A stretch of 29,470 nt of DNA from a virus (Duplodnaviria; Caudoviricetes): positions 1 to 29,470 of IMG/VR virus record IMGVR_UViG_3300030060_003306. The stretch is one strand, 5' to 3'. Position numbers and translations under genes: made by a program. Shown here one piece after another: positions 7,651-17,409 of the stretch (positions are counted from its first letter, which is position 1; every line of letters begins with the position of its first letter). Below the pieces are notes generated by a model. The model saw only the letters and a program-made list of their open reading frames with translations. It was not told the DNA's origin and ran no database searches.

Positions 7651-9494
7651 TATTTCTTTTTGTTTTTAGGTTTCCAATTTGGGTGGTGCCCATTGTTTGC
7701 CATATCTTTTGGTGCTTTTTTTGCATCTCTCCAACCTCTTGGTCTGCCTTCATATGTTTTTGGTATGCTATCAACTTCTACATAATCCTTCATTTTGTCG
7801 GATTTTTCTATGTATTTACCATTTGTTTTCTTTTTTAATCTATAAAGTTGTTGCTCCCAATAGTGTCCACAATTTACCCCACCTTTAAAACGGAATAAAT
7901 CATAAGGTTTGCCTTTGTGTCCAAAACTTTTATTTACCCCTGCCTTACTTGCAGCGTCAATATCCTCTATTCTGTAAACTAAATTTCTTGCCATCATAGT
8001 TCTACAAAATTTTCTTGTACTTGTACTGCTATATTTTTGTGCGTATTTATATCTAACTTTGTAAAAACTTTTGTCCAATACAGAAAAATCTCCCTTACCT
8101 TTTTTGGTAACTGCATTTGCTAATTGTTGGAATAAATTTTCTTTTGCTTGTATATGTTCGTTAGCCCAAGTTTCAATGTCAGAATTTTTTTCTGAATATT
8201 CTCTTGCGTCAGCTAATACCCATTCATCAGATATTTCCTCGCCTTTTAAATTTTCAAGTATATAATCCTCATTTTCTGCTGATAATTCTTGTACTTGTTC
8301 CTCTTGTTTTACCCCTGTTTCCTCTTCGATACTTTCTTCGTCTTGTACGTCTTCATCAATTTCAGTAAATTCAAGTGGTTGTAAAGTCACAAAATAAAGA
8401 TTTAAGGCAATATCATTAACAGCAAGTATTTTATCAAATGCGTCTATTAAAAGTTCTTGAAATGGCCTTATAACCGTGTTATCCATTAATAGCGAAGCTG
8501 TTTTAATTTCCTCTGCATTATTACCTAACCCTGTATTGTCTTTAATACCTAAAAGCATAGGCGATACAATACGGTGTGCAACCATAATTTTTTTACTTGA
8601 TTCATCAGATAAAAACTGATATTGATTATGTGCGTCTGATAATTGTACAGGCGTAATATCTGCTTGTGCTTCTTTATTATCGTTAAATGCCAATATAAAT
8701 TTACCTGCGTTACTACTGCCACTAAATTTTTGTGCTATTCTGTGTTCTATTAATTGTCTTTCCTCTTGATTAGGAATTCCATTATTAAAATTAATAAGCA
8801 TTGATGGACTTAATCCATTCATTATATTATTAAGATGATAATTGGATATTTCCTCTTCCAACTCTGCATATTGTAATCCACCTTGATAATCAACAGGACT
8901 ATAATAATAAAATCCTGCTCTATATGGTTGGATATATAATATTTCCAATGCTTCGTTACTCTGACCAAACGCTGGTATACGTTTTGGCTCATCTGATGGT
9001 TTTAGCTTACTCCAATCCTTAAAATAATAATATGCTTCAACATCTCCATCATCATTGGCTTTTTCTGCCCTTAAAGTTTCTACAGGAAAGTGTTCTACTT
9101 GTGCAACTTCTGTTTTTGTTTTATTATAAATTACTTGTACTGCACATTGACCCATTAGTTTTAAATCGTAACATAATTTTCTGACACAATCTTTTTTAAA
9201 TAGTGTCATCATCTGTGCATATTCGTTTGGTTTATCACTTGCGTCGGTAGCATTTAATCCTTTACCAAATATCTGTTGCGATATACCATTTATGGAAGCA
9301 TTATTTGTTGGACTTCCATTATATCTATCTATTAAATATTGAAAATAATTATTATCTTTTCCATATTGTACCCAATCTCTCCTTGCAACTTCCTTAACTT
9401 CTGGAGATGTGTATGTACTTAAATTAACAAAACTGACTTCGCTTTGTTTATTTTTAATAAATTGTCCTAATTGATTTCTTTTTCGTGTTTTCAT
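7650..9494 (-). CDS. portal protein with C-terminal Cys/His extension
   Basis: Portal-like core (NGLSPSMLINF, FSGSSNAGK, AHRIVSPMLLGI, VIRPFQ), then an acidic linker and an extra domain. Confidence 0.85.
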   Translation of the reverse strand: MKTRKRNQLGQFIKNKQSEVSFVNLSTYTSPEVKEVARRDWVQYGKDNNYFQYLIDRYNGSPTNNASINGISQQIFGKGLNATDASDKPNEYAQMMTLFKKDCVRKLCYDLKLMGQCAVQVIYNKTKTEVAQVEHFPVETLRAEKANDDGDVEAYYYFKDWSKLKPSDEPKRIPAFGQSNEALEILYIQPYRAGFYYYSPVDYQGGLQYAELEEEISNYHLNNIMNGLSPSMLINFNNGIPNQEERQLIEHRIAQKFSGSSNAGKFILAFNDNKEAQADITPVQLSDAHNQYQFLSDESSKKIMVAHRIVSPMLLGIKDNTGLGNNAEEIKTASLLMDNTVIRPFQELLIDAFDKILAVNDIALNLYFVTLQPLEFTEIDEDVQDEESIEEETGVKQEEQVQELSAENEDYILENLKGEEISDEWVLADAREYSEKNSDIETWANEHIQAKENLFQQLANAVTKKGKGDFSVLDKSFYKVRYKYAQKYSSTSTRKFCRTMMARNLVYRIEDIDAASKAGVNKSFGHKGKPYDLFRFKGGVNCGHYWEQQLYRLKKKTNGKYIEKSDKMKDYVEVDSIPKTYEGRPRGWRDAKKAPKDMANNGHHPNWKPKNKKK

Positions 9495-9943
9495 ACTACA
9501 ATATACTCATTATTATAAGAATTATTTGTTGTGTATTGTCCATTGTTAATGTTATAATGTTCGTTGTCGTTTAATTGGTCTATATCTTGGTCTGTTACAA
9601 ATATTCTATCTTTAAAAATCATTTGTTTTTGGTTGCTATCGGTTTGCCATAATTCATCATACATTTGCCATAAACTTAAATTTGTATTCCAATAATTAAA
9701 ATCGGCAAATAATTCTAAAGCATAAAATCTTGCTTCTTTATAAATACTATTACCAGAGCCATCTACATAATTTATTGTAAATGTTTTTCTGCCTTCTGTA
9801 TCTTCTGAAACAGAACCACCATCAACATAATAGTTAAATGTTTTATTTAATGATTCATCAATAACATTAACCCACATAGAAGCTAAAAATTCTCGTGGAA
9901 TAACTGTAAATGTTTGCTGTGCTGTTGTAGTAGATACTATCAT
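9491..9943 (-). CDS. hypothetical virion structural protein
   Basis: Beta-rich 150-aa ORF, ATGA-coupled to the portal and preceded by the late-promoter motif. Confidence 0.6.
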   Translation of the reverse strand: MIVSTTTAQQTFTVIPREFLASMWVNVIDESLNKTFNYYVDGGSVSEDTEGRKTFTINYVDGSGNSIYKEARFYALELFADFNYWNTNLSLWQMYDELWQTDSNQKQMIFKDRIFVTDQDIDQLNDNEHYNINNGQYTTNNSYNNEYIVV

Positions 9944-9951
9944 TGTTTATA

Positions 9952-9977
9952 TAACGAACAAAATAGATTAATTTGTA
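9952..9977 (-). promoter_or_regulatory. late promoter motif copy (TAC-N18-CGTTA)
   Basis: TACAAATTAATCTATTTTGTTCGTTA, 8 nt before the ATG; one of four copies. Confidence 0.7.
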
Positions 9978-9981
9978 AAAT

Positions 9982-10012
9982 AAAAAAAGCCCTCTGATAA
10001 GAAGGCTCTTTT
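9982..10012 (-). terminator. rho-independent terminator
   Basis: AGCCTTCT-TATC-AGAGGGCT hairpin running into a T7 tract, downstream of the tail tube-like gene. Confidence 0.8.
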
Positions 10013-10040
10013 AAATAAAAACTAATTAATAGATTATTAG

Positions 10041-10571
10041 TTATAGAGAATCTGGTGGGCTTATTTGTGTAGCACTCGCTGATATTACTCCAGCATCTAC
10101 AAAAAATGGTGCTCTATCCTCTTGACCTTCAAAAGTCAAAGTAAAGCCTGATAAATCCCCAGCTGCAGCACCTGTAACTATTGTGCCACCTGTAACCTCT
10201 ACCCCATTGTCAACACCACATAGTAATTGGTTACCCATATAATCTTCTACAACTAAATGTGGGTTACTAACTGCAAGTAATTGCAATTCCTCTTTTGTTT
10301 CATTATCTAAAAATGTTAATGTTAGATTTAATGTTTGTGCATAAAAAGTTGTGCCATTCTCTCTTGAACTATTAATTGCTACCTCTAAAGATGAATTTCC
10401 TTTTACATCAAATTTAAACCAAGCAGGTGAACCACCAAAAGCAGAAATAGTTTTATCTGCATCGTAGGTTACCGTACCTAATGAGCCATAATCAGCAAAA
10501 TACACAGCTTTGATACCACCAAACCCCGTTTTACACGGTAATTTTCTTCCTGTTGTTAAAGTACAAGCCAT
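10041..10571 (-). CDS. putative major tail tube protein
   Basis: MACTLTTGR..PCK...GGIKAVYF start, SRENGTTFYAQTL and SGFTLTF; beta-rich 176 aa next to the capsid gene. Structural role likely, exact function inferred. Confidence 0.55.
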   Translation of the reverse strand: MACTLTTGRKLPCKTGFGGIKAVYFADYGSLGTVTYDADKTISAFGGSPAWFKFDVKGNSSLEVAINSSRENGTTFYAQTLNLTLTFLDNETKEELQLLAVSNPHLVVEDYMGNQLLCGVDNGVEVTGGTIVTGAAAGDLSGFTLTFEGQEDRAPFFVDAGVISASATQISPPDSL

Positions 10572-10587
10572 AATTTATTTATTTTTT

Positions 10588-10624
10588 AAAAAAAAAGGTA
10601 GGTAGTCAAACCACCTACCCTTTT
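10588..10624 (-). terminator. rho-independent terminator after the major capsid gene
   Basis: GGTAGGTGG-TTTG-A-CTACCTACC hairpin followed by a long T tract. Confidence 0.85.
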
Positions 10625-10648
10625 ATATTATACATTTATTTTATGTTA

Positions 10649-11596
10649 TTATGCTAAAGTTAAAAGCACTAAATCGCTTCCGATTCCATACTGTACACCA
10701 GCAGTGAATCTCATAACAACTCTTACATTTTGACTTCCGTCAATGTCTGCCATATCGATTAACTTAACTTCGTTAAAATCTGACATTAAACCAGTACCAA
10801 AGTAAAGGTTTGATTTTTGACCAGCTACTGCGTGGTCAGCAGGCATTCCTGGGCAATTTACAACTTGAATTCCTTCAAATGAAAGTGCATTCCCCATACT
10901 ATACCATTGTGAACCTTTATCTTCGTAACCTGCAGCACCTAAACCACTTGCTCCAAATCCACCAAGACTTCTAATATATGCTTGGTATGCAGTTGGGTTT
11001 ACATAAATTGCTACATCTTCTTTACCATAAACACCACTTGGAAGACCATCAACGATATTTCCTAAAAGTGTTGCGATATTAGATGATGTAAAAGATGTTT
11101 GTGAGCCATTTGAAGCGTCAACAACATCTGAATCTGCAGCCATTAAAACTGTTAATCCGTCAAATTCTCCAGCGTTACCATTAACACCACCCCAAATGTT
11201 TTGCTCATTTTTTTCTGCTACTAATCCTGCTACGTGAGAGATTAGGAAATCAGAAAATTTAGGTGGCATATTATGGAAAGCAGAATAACCCATCTCAATT
11301 GCTTCCCAATCAGAGATGAAATCTTTTTTACATAATTCTAAATTTACTTGGAATTCTTCTGGTTGTAGAATTCTTTCTGTTAATGTTACTGTAGCTGTGT
11401 CTGTAAAATCACAAGTCGCATCCTTGATAACATTTGCATCTGTTGCAACTTTTTTGATTACATCCTTGTACTTAACATTTGGTTTAATTGTAATGTTACC
11501 ATTATCTAATGTAGGAGAACTTAATAGGGCAGCAGATATATACTTACCCGAAAACTCACCTGCATATGTACTTGTTATACTTACTGTAGTCGCCAT
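10649..11596 (-). CDS. major capsid protein
   Basis: 315 aa following protease and scaffold; motifs TSTYAGEF, ERILQPEEFQVNLELCK, IWGG...EFDGL and VRVVMRFTAGVQYG; followed by a strong terminator. Confidence 0.85.
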   Translation of the reverse strand: MATTVSITSTYAGEFSGKYISAALLSSPTLDNGNITIKPNVKYKDVIKKVATDANVIKDATCDFTDTATVTLTERILQPEEFQVNLELCKKDFISDWEAIEMGYSAFHNMPPKFSDFLISHVAGLVAEKNEQNIWGGVNGNAGEFDGLTVLMAADSDVVDASNGSQTSFTSSNIATLLGNIVDGLPSGVYGKEDVAIYVNPTAYQAYIRSLGGFGASGLGAAGYEDKGSQWYSMGNALSFEGIQVVNCPGMPADHAVAGQKSNLYFGTGLMSDFNEVKLIDMADIDGSQNVRVVMRFTAGVQYGIGSDLVLLTLA

Positions 11597-11612
11597 AATT
11601 TATTTATTTATT

Positions 11613-12242
11613 TTAATTGTTTACTATTCTATCTAAAACTCTATCTTTTATCGACATTCTTCTTTTTTGTGCGTATAAATGTTGAGCTTTCTTTTTACCA
11701 CCCTCTGGGCTATGTTTAATTGGTTGAGTTGCAGGTTCGGATAATTCCACTTCCTGTTTTTCTTCAACCTCTTTAGTTTCTTTAGAAAATTCTTCTTTAA
11801 CTGTTCTTGATTTAAGAGGTTTTTGTTCCTCTACCTCAGTTTCAGCTTCGACTTCTTCTTCCTCTTTAGGCATCATAGATTCTAAAGCCATTTCGATTTT
11901 AGAAATTCTTTCGTCCATCTCTTTAACTTTTTCTTCCATATTATAACCTTTTTCTTCTTTATCGTCTTCCAAATCTTCTGTAACTTCTTCTGGTTTTTCC
12001 TCGCTGTTTTTTACATCAGCAATTATACCCTCTTGCTCAACAAGTAACACTTGTCCATTTTCAAGAGAATATTCTCCAACAGGCATAGCTACTTTTTCAT
12101 CTTCTGTTTTGATGAAAACCTCTTTGCCTTTTTCAAATGATTCTGCTTCTAAAACAGTACCATTTTCTAACTTTAGTTCCTCAAGTTTTACATCGAGGTC
12201 TAAAAGCGTACGAATTTTGTTTATCATTTCACTACTTTTCAT
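11613..12242 (-). CDS. capsid scaffold protein
   Basis: Very E/K-rich, directly upstream of the capsid gene; MPVGEYSLENG motif. Confidence 0.7.
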   Translation of the reverse strand: MKSSEMINKIRTLLDLDVKLEELKLENGTVLEAESFEKGKEVFIKTEDEKVAMPVGEYSLENGQVLLVEQEGIIADVKNSEEKPEEVTEDLEDDKEEKGYNMEEKVKEMDERISKIEMALESMMPKEEEEVEAETEVEEQKPLKSRTVKEEFSKETKEVEEKQEVELSEPATQPIKHSPEGGKKKAQHLYAQKRRMSIKDRVLDRIVNN

Positions 12243-12253
12243 AATTAACTAAT

Positions 12254-12279
12254 TAACGGTTTATAAATTTAATTTTGCA
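12254..12279 (-). promoter_or_regulatory. late promoter motif copy (TGC-N18-CGTTA)
   Basis: TGCAAAATTAAATTTATAAACCGTTA, 11 nt before the scaffold ATG. Confidence 0.65.
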
Positions 12280-12282
12280 TTT

Positions 12283-12438
12283 TTAACTTGCAAGTCTATT
12301 GATTGTTCCTATCCCTTGTGCCCATAATGAACCATCGCAACACTCTATTGAGTATAAATCTGTTTCTTTACAAAGACAAGCCCTTCTACTTGCTTTAGGA
12401 CTTGTTCTACTTGGATAATATTCTCGGTTTTTTTTCAT
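12283..12438 (-). CDS. small Cys-rich protein (CxC...CC), possibly metal-binding
   Basis: Likely start MKKNREY at 12438; SPKASRRACLCKETDLYSIECCDGSLWAQGIG. Confidence 0.7.
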   Translation of the reverse strand: MKKNREYYPSRTSPKASRRACLCKETDLYSIECCDGSLWAQGIGTINRLAS

Positions 12439-12439
12439 A

Positions 12440-13294
12440 TTAGTCAATCGGTACACAATTAGGTACTTTTTTACCATTTTTCATTTTAAAACCAATCATT
12501 TCGTATCCAGCCCAACAAGGTGCTTTTAATTCGTGTGATTCACAAGGCATATACCAAACTTGATTTTCAAATTCGTGTTCGTGTGAGCCACTACAACCAA
12601 TATCTTCTGCGATTTGCTCTGCTTTTTCTTTTGAAGCATACGCAAGTCTGTCATCAATTACAGCAAAATTTTCATCTATAACCATACTGGCTAAATCGAC
12701 ACCACTAACAATATTTTCTATTTGCTTTAATAGTGCTTTTGATAATCCTTCCACTGAATATTTTTTCTCTTGTTTTTTCATCTCCATTTTGTCTGCAAAA
12801 TAACCCTCGATACTAAAGCCTTTGACCTTACCACTTTTTACATATTCATTCCAAACCTCGTCATTATTTACTTTTACTGAACCCATCCAAGTACCAACAG
12901 GCACATCAAAACCATATTTTGCTGATTTATCGTGCTTTTTATCTTCTACAATCCAACTTTCAACTAATGTTAATCCATTAATTTCGTGTTGGTGTTCTAA
13001 TGTTGAATTACTTTGGTTATTATTTTGTAAATAAAGCTGACTTGCTTTTTCAACTGTTTCTCTGCTAAAATAAATATAATAATCCTCATCCTCTTGTGTT
13101 CTAAAGATTGGTTTGTTTGGTATTAATAGTGGACCCATTAATATCTTTTTTTCCTTATTTATTTCTGCTAATTTAAGTTCCTCTGATTTTAAAGCAATAA
13201 AATCTTTTTCAATAGCTGGACTTTCCACAATAGATATTGCGTCAACACCCATCACATTTTTTGCTTCATCAAGTATTAATTCTACAATTCTCAT
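12440..13294 (-). CDS. prohead serine protease (XkdF/S80-like) with C-terminal Cys mini-domains
   Basis: Motifs AISIVESPAIE, GPLLIPNKPI, TLEH, ESWIVED, GTW and GFSIEG. Confidence 0.85.
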   Translation of the reverse strand: MRIVELILDEAKNVMGVDAISIVESPAIEKDFIALKSEELKLAEINKEKKILMGPLLIPNKPIFRTQEDEDYYIYFSRETVEKASQLYLQNNNQSNSTLEHQHEINGLTLVESWIVEDKKHDKSAKYGFDVPVGTWMGSVKVNNDEVWNEYVKSGKVKGFSIEGYFADKMEMKKQEKKYSVEGLSKALLKQIENIVSGVDLASMVIDENFAVIDDRLAYASKEKAEQIAEDIGCSGSHEHEFENQVWYMPCESHELKAPCWAGYEMIGFKMKNGKKVPNCVPID

Positions 13295-13301
13295 AATTCT
13301 G

Positions 13302-13327
13302 TAACGATTTAATTAAACAATTTTGTA
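13302..13327 (-). promoter_or_regulatory. late promoter motif copy (TAC-N18-CGTTA)
   Basis: TACAAAATTGTTTAATTAAATCGTTA, 7 nt before the protease ATG. Confidence 0.7.
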
Positions 13328-13328
13328 T

Positions 13329-15164
13329 TTATATTGACGCACCATCAATAATATTTCTTTCCAAACCTTGTGCTGTTGTAACATCATTGCTAACAACAAA
13401 CGCTTGTACAGGTTGTTGCGATTGTCCACCTATTGCATCAGCTAACTGATTTATTCCACTTGCACCTACTGTATTTATATCTGGTAATACAGGTGGTGGT
13501 GGAGCAGATGGTGTTGATGGTGCACTTGCACCTCGACCGCTTCCCCCTTTTGCAAAACTTGGTGCTGGTGGTGGTTTTTTACTTGTTATAGTTTTCACAT
13601 TGGCGATACCTGAAGCTATTACTGCTGCAGCACCTATGAATCCAAATAAACCACCTTGTGCTAAAGCTTTATTTGCACCAACATAAGTATCTATAATTGC
13701 TTGTGTTACTGCTATTGCTTTTCCAAATTTGGAATTTTCTCCAACGATACTTGCAATATTTCCAAGTGCACCCTGTACTGCGGCCACTTTTGCTGTTGCT
13801 AAACTCTTTTCAGTTTTAATTTGCTCTTGCTCATTGGCTTGTTGATAATCTAATAATTCATTATTTGCGTCAATAAATGCCTGTGTACCTGCCTTAAATG
13901 TATCTCTTTTTTCTGTTAATCTTTTTTCCTCTGCTTCTTTTTCTGTTTGTAAATTATTCAAAGTCATTTGTAATCTCTTGACTTCGTTTTCTTCCATCTC
14001 TGCATTAAAAGCCCTTTCGTTTTGTTGTCTTAACGCAGTTGCTTCATCTCTTGTTAATTGTAAAGCATCTGATTCTTTTTCTAATGCAACTAAATTAGAT
14101 TTTTGTTCTGATAATTGTCCTTCAATTTGTGCTGCAATAGCCTTTTTCTCGTTTTGTGCTTCTAATACAGCTATATAATCTTCATCTGCACCTGTTAATT
14201 CGTATTGTGCTTGTGCATTTGCTAATACAGCATCTGCATTTTCCATCATAACTTCTTTTTGTTCAGTTAAGATTTGCAGTAACTTATTATTAGCTTCTTG
14301 TCTTTCAGCTATACTTAATCTATCATCATCTCGTAATTGTCTTTGTTGTTCTGCTTGTCTATCGTATTCCTCAATTAACCCTTGATTTGCTACACGAGCA
14401 ATATCTGCTGACTTTTTAAGCTGTACATTTGTTTGTGCTGTTTCAAAAGCAGTTTTAACACTTACCTCTCCTAATTCTTTTACAACTGTTTTACCAATAT
14501 CTGATACTTCCGATACTGCTTCTCCAATATTTGTTACAATATCAACTCCTGATTTTACTGCACTTACACCTATTTCAATAGTTTCTTCTTTTATTGAATT
14601 TAATTCGTCTTGTAATTCTTTGATTCTGCCTGGGTCATTCCCACCGAAAAATGATTTTTCCCAAGCTAATTGTGCACCTACTATTGTAGCTTTTATTCCT
14701 TGAAATGCTAATTTAAATGGTGTTACAGCTATATTTAGTACACCTTTCATAACCTTACCAAGTGCGTCAAAATTATCACTGCTTGATGCTACACTTTTAC
14801 CAATATCTATTAATGCACCAAATACTTGATTAAATACTATTTGTGCTGTTTCAAAGCCAACTCGTAAACCATCTAATACTTCTTGGTTTCTACCTATTGC
14901 TTCTTTTACAAATTCGAACCCTTTTTGTAAAACTGTTAAAATAACTGCAGCCCCAGCAATATTTTTTAATGTTAATCCTACTTTTTTAACACCTTTTGCT
15001 GAATCCTCTGCTGTTTTTTCTACATCTTTTAATGATTCCTCTGTTTTTTTATTAGCAGATTGTACTTCTTTTTGTAGTTCTTCGTATTTTTTAGTTAAAT
15101 CGTCTAAACCTTTTAAAGCTTCTTTATATTTTAATTCAAAATTTACCTCTACATTCTGTGCCAT
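13329..15164 (-). CDS. tape measure-like protein
   Basis: 611 aa, long A/E/K/Q helical coiled coil with hydrophobic A/G-rich segments and a Pro-rich linker near the C-terminus; in the tail module. Confidence 0.75.
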   Translation of the reverse strand: MAQNVEVNFELKYKEALKGLDDLTKKYEELQKEVQSANKKTEESLKDVEKTAEDSAKGVKKVGLTLKNIAGAAVILTVLQKGFEFVKEAIGRNQEVLDGLRVGFETAQIVFNQVFGALIDIGKSVASSSDNFDALGKVMKGVLNIAVTPFKLAFQGIKATIVGAQLAWEKSFFGGNDPGRIKELQDELNSIKEETIEIGVSAVKSGVDIVTNIGEAVSEVSDIGKTVVKELGEVSVKTAFETAQTNVQLKKSADIARVANQGLIEEYDRQAEQQRQLRDDDRLSIAERQEANNKLLQILTEQKEVMMENADAVLANAQAQYELTGADEDYIAVLEAQNEKKAIAAQIEGQLSEQKSNLVALEKESDALQLTRDEATALRQQNERAFNAEMEENEVKRLQMTLNNLQTEKEAEEKRLTEKRDTFKAGTQAFIDANNELLDYQQANEQEQIKTEKSLATAKVAAVQGALGNIASIVGENSKFGKAIAVTQAIIDTYVGANKALAQGGLFGFIGAAAVIASGIANVKTITSKKPPPAPSFAKGGSGRGASAPSTPSAPPPPVLPDINTVGASGINQLADAIGGQSQQPVQAFVVSNDVTTAQGLERNIIDGASI

Positions 15165-15292
15165 TATTTATTTTTTAGTTGTTTAAACATCTCTTTGATT
15201 GTCTCTGGCATTTTATATTTACCCTGTGCAATCTTTATTGCTTCTGTTTCGCCTTTGACAAATTGTAATAAATCTAAAATGTGTTTTATCAT
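15164..15292 (-). CDS. small protein (42 aa); not in ORF track
   Basis: MIKHILDLLQFVKGETEAIKIAQGKYKMPETIKEMFKQLKNK*. ATGA overlap upstream and TAATG overlap with the tape measure start. Confidence 0.75.
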   Translation of the reverse strand: MIKHILDLLQFVKGETEAIKIAQGKYKMPETIKEMFKQLKNK

Positions 15293-17409
15293 ACTATATT
15301 CAATAATTCTAAATTACTTTCACCATTTATTAGATTAGTTGTAATACTATTAATTCTATAATTGTTATTATTTAACGATATTTTGTCGTTTAATTTTAAA
15401 TTATATAAAATTTTTAATGGTAAATATGCCTTAACCTTAGTTAAACGCCTTTTATTTTTAAAAACATCTTGTATATATGTTTTATAGTTTCTTTCAAATA
15501 AAGTATCTGTAAATGAGGAAGCATATTGATTTTCTGCGTTGTATTCGTTTATTTCTGCATTAAAATTTATATTTATTTTACTTGTTGCTTGATTAGTGCT
15601 TAATGAATTTGAAGGAATAATATAATCGTTTACTTGTGCAATAGTACCACTTGTATTTCTTAAAGAAATATTTGTTCCATTATTAACCTCTATCGCATAA
15701 AAAATTAAAGGGTTACCAATATATGATTGTTTGTTGTCATCTACCGACCAACCCCATTGTATATTTTTAACTGCACTTGTTGTTAAATCAATTAAATTTT
15801 GATATTGCATATGTTCAAAACCTACATTTACTTTATATTGGTTTTGTGGTCCATCAAAACTACTATCATCAGAATAATCCAACGAAGCCCATTTTCTGTT
15901 ATTTAATTGCTCATATTGTTTTGCTAAAAATGTACCTAACCCTGTATATGAAAAATCAATTTCTTTAAATGGTAAAGCTACATCAACAGTTGCTTTTGTT
16001 GAATCTACATATTCATCAATATTATGTATAACAGATGAAGCATTATAAAAATCATTTAATTTTTGTACCACTATTTTATTTTCCTCATTTACAAAAGCAG
16101 TTAGATTAAACATTTTAAAAATATTAGTTAAAAAATCTATAACCTTAATTTGTGGTATTTGTGCACTTATATTAAAAGGAATAGTTGTAGCTGTTTGAAA
16201 TGTTTGTGAATTTTTAAAACCAATTGTAAAACCAGAACTCCCTTGCCCTGGATTTTCGTCATCATCTTCTGTTACAGTAACGCTAAATTCCCAAGATATA
16301 TTATTTGCACTAAATTCAACACCTGCTACTGACGCAATTTCAACTGAATATGAACCTGTTGGTACAGTAATATTACTAAACATTGTTTGCAAACCAGTAA
16401 CATTACTCAATTCAGAATAAACGCTACCATTTCGTAAAACTCTAACGCTATATGTGTTACCTGCTGATAGTCCTGTTGGATTAATAGTTAATTGGTTTGA
16501 ATCTAAATTATGTGTTGCAGGCATAGGTTGATAAACCAACGCATTACTTGAAGCACTAAAATAGCCACTTGAACCACTTACTATCCCCATAGGTGAAGCA
16601 GTTATAAAAACTAAACTTAATTGTGTTTCTGCTTCTACATTCCCTTTTTTTCTGTGTAACCACATCCATAAATTATAAAACTCTGTAACAGATGTATTAT
16701 TAAAAAAATCAGTACTAAATTCTATCTCACTATATTGTGCTTCTATTTGGTCAATAATAAATTGTAATCGTATTGCGTATTTTAATTCTTTCCAAGAAAC
16801 ACCATTTGCATTATAAGATGAATTTGAATTATAATATAAATTACCTAATTGTGCATTACTTGAAGCACTATCATAAATTAATTGTTGCGTATGTGTTATT
16901 AATGGCACACAAAGATTTTCATTAGTTAGTGTTCTTTCTAATACTGTTTTTACCTGTGAATATGTATAATCTGTATCCAAAGAACCTAAACCACTTAAAT
17001 TTCCTAACTCATCATCTCCTAAAACATCTTTTAAATTAACTGTGTTACCAAAAAATGTTATTTTATATGTATGTGCTATATTGTTTTTAGTTTCAACACC
17101 CTCTAATTTTACAAAGCCTGTTTTAAATGGAATATTATTTAATTCTATTTTGGCTTTTCGTTTCCTCCTGCCATCAAAAGTACCATCAATATGAAAATTA
17201 TGATAGTGTCTAAATAACTTATTGTTTGTTTTGGAAGCTGGTAAACTAAATGTCTGTGTAAATTCAGTAAATATTTTTGCAATATCTTTTACATTCTGAA
17301 TTGTCTGTGTTATTGATACACTTTCATCAGCAAATAAATCCATTCTTACATATATAGGAGTTAAATCTTGGTCAATGTTTTGATTTATATATAATTGTAA
17401 TTTTTGCAT
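15289..17409 (-). CDS. tail tip/baseplate hub-like protein
   Basis: 706 aa; DLFADESVSITQTIQNVKDIAKIFTEFTQTFSLPAS start and YRINSITTNLINGESNLEL end, typical of flavobacterial siphophage tail proteins. Confidence 0.7.
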   Translation of the reverse strand: MQKLQLYINQNIDQDLTPIYVRMDLFADESVSITQTIQNVKDIAKIFTEFTQTFSLPASKTNNKLFRHYHNFHIDGTFDGRRKRKAKIELNNIPFKTGFVKLEGVETKNNIAHTYKITFFGNTVNLKDVLGDDELGNLSGLGSLDTDYTYSQVKTVLERTLTNENLCVPLITHTQQLIYDSASSNAQLGNLYYNSNSSYNANGVSWKELKYAIRLQFIIDQIEAQYSEIEFSTDFFNNTSVTEFYNLWMWLHRKKGNVEAETQLSLVFITASPMGIVSGSSGYFSASSNALVYQPMPATHNLDSNQLTINPTGLSAGNTYSVRVLRNGSVYSELSNVTGLQTMFSNITVPTGSYSVEIASVAGVEFSANNISWEFSVTVTEDDDENPGQGSSGFTIGFKNSQTFQTATTIPFNISAQIPQIKVIDFLTNIFKMFNLTAFVNEENKIVVQKLNDFYNASSVIHNIDEYVDSTKATVDVALPFKEIDFSYTGLGTFLAKQYEQLNNRKWASLDYSDDSSFDGPQNQYKVNVGFEHMQYQNLIDLTTSAVKNIQWGWSVDDNKQSYIGNPLIFYAIEVNNGTNISLRNTSGTIAQVNDYIIPSNSLSTNQATSKININFNAEINEYNAENQYASSFTDTLFERNYKTYIQDVFKNKRRLTKVKAYLPLKILYNLKLNDKISLNNNNYRINSITTNLINGESNLELLNIV

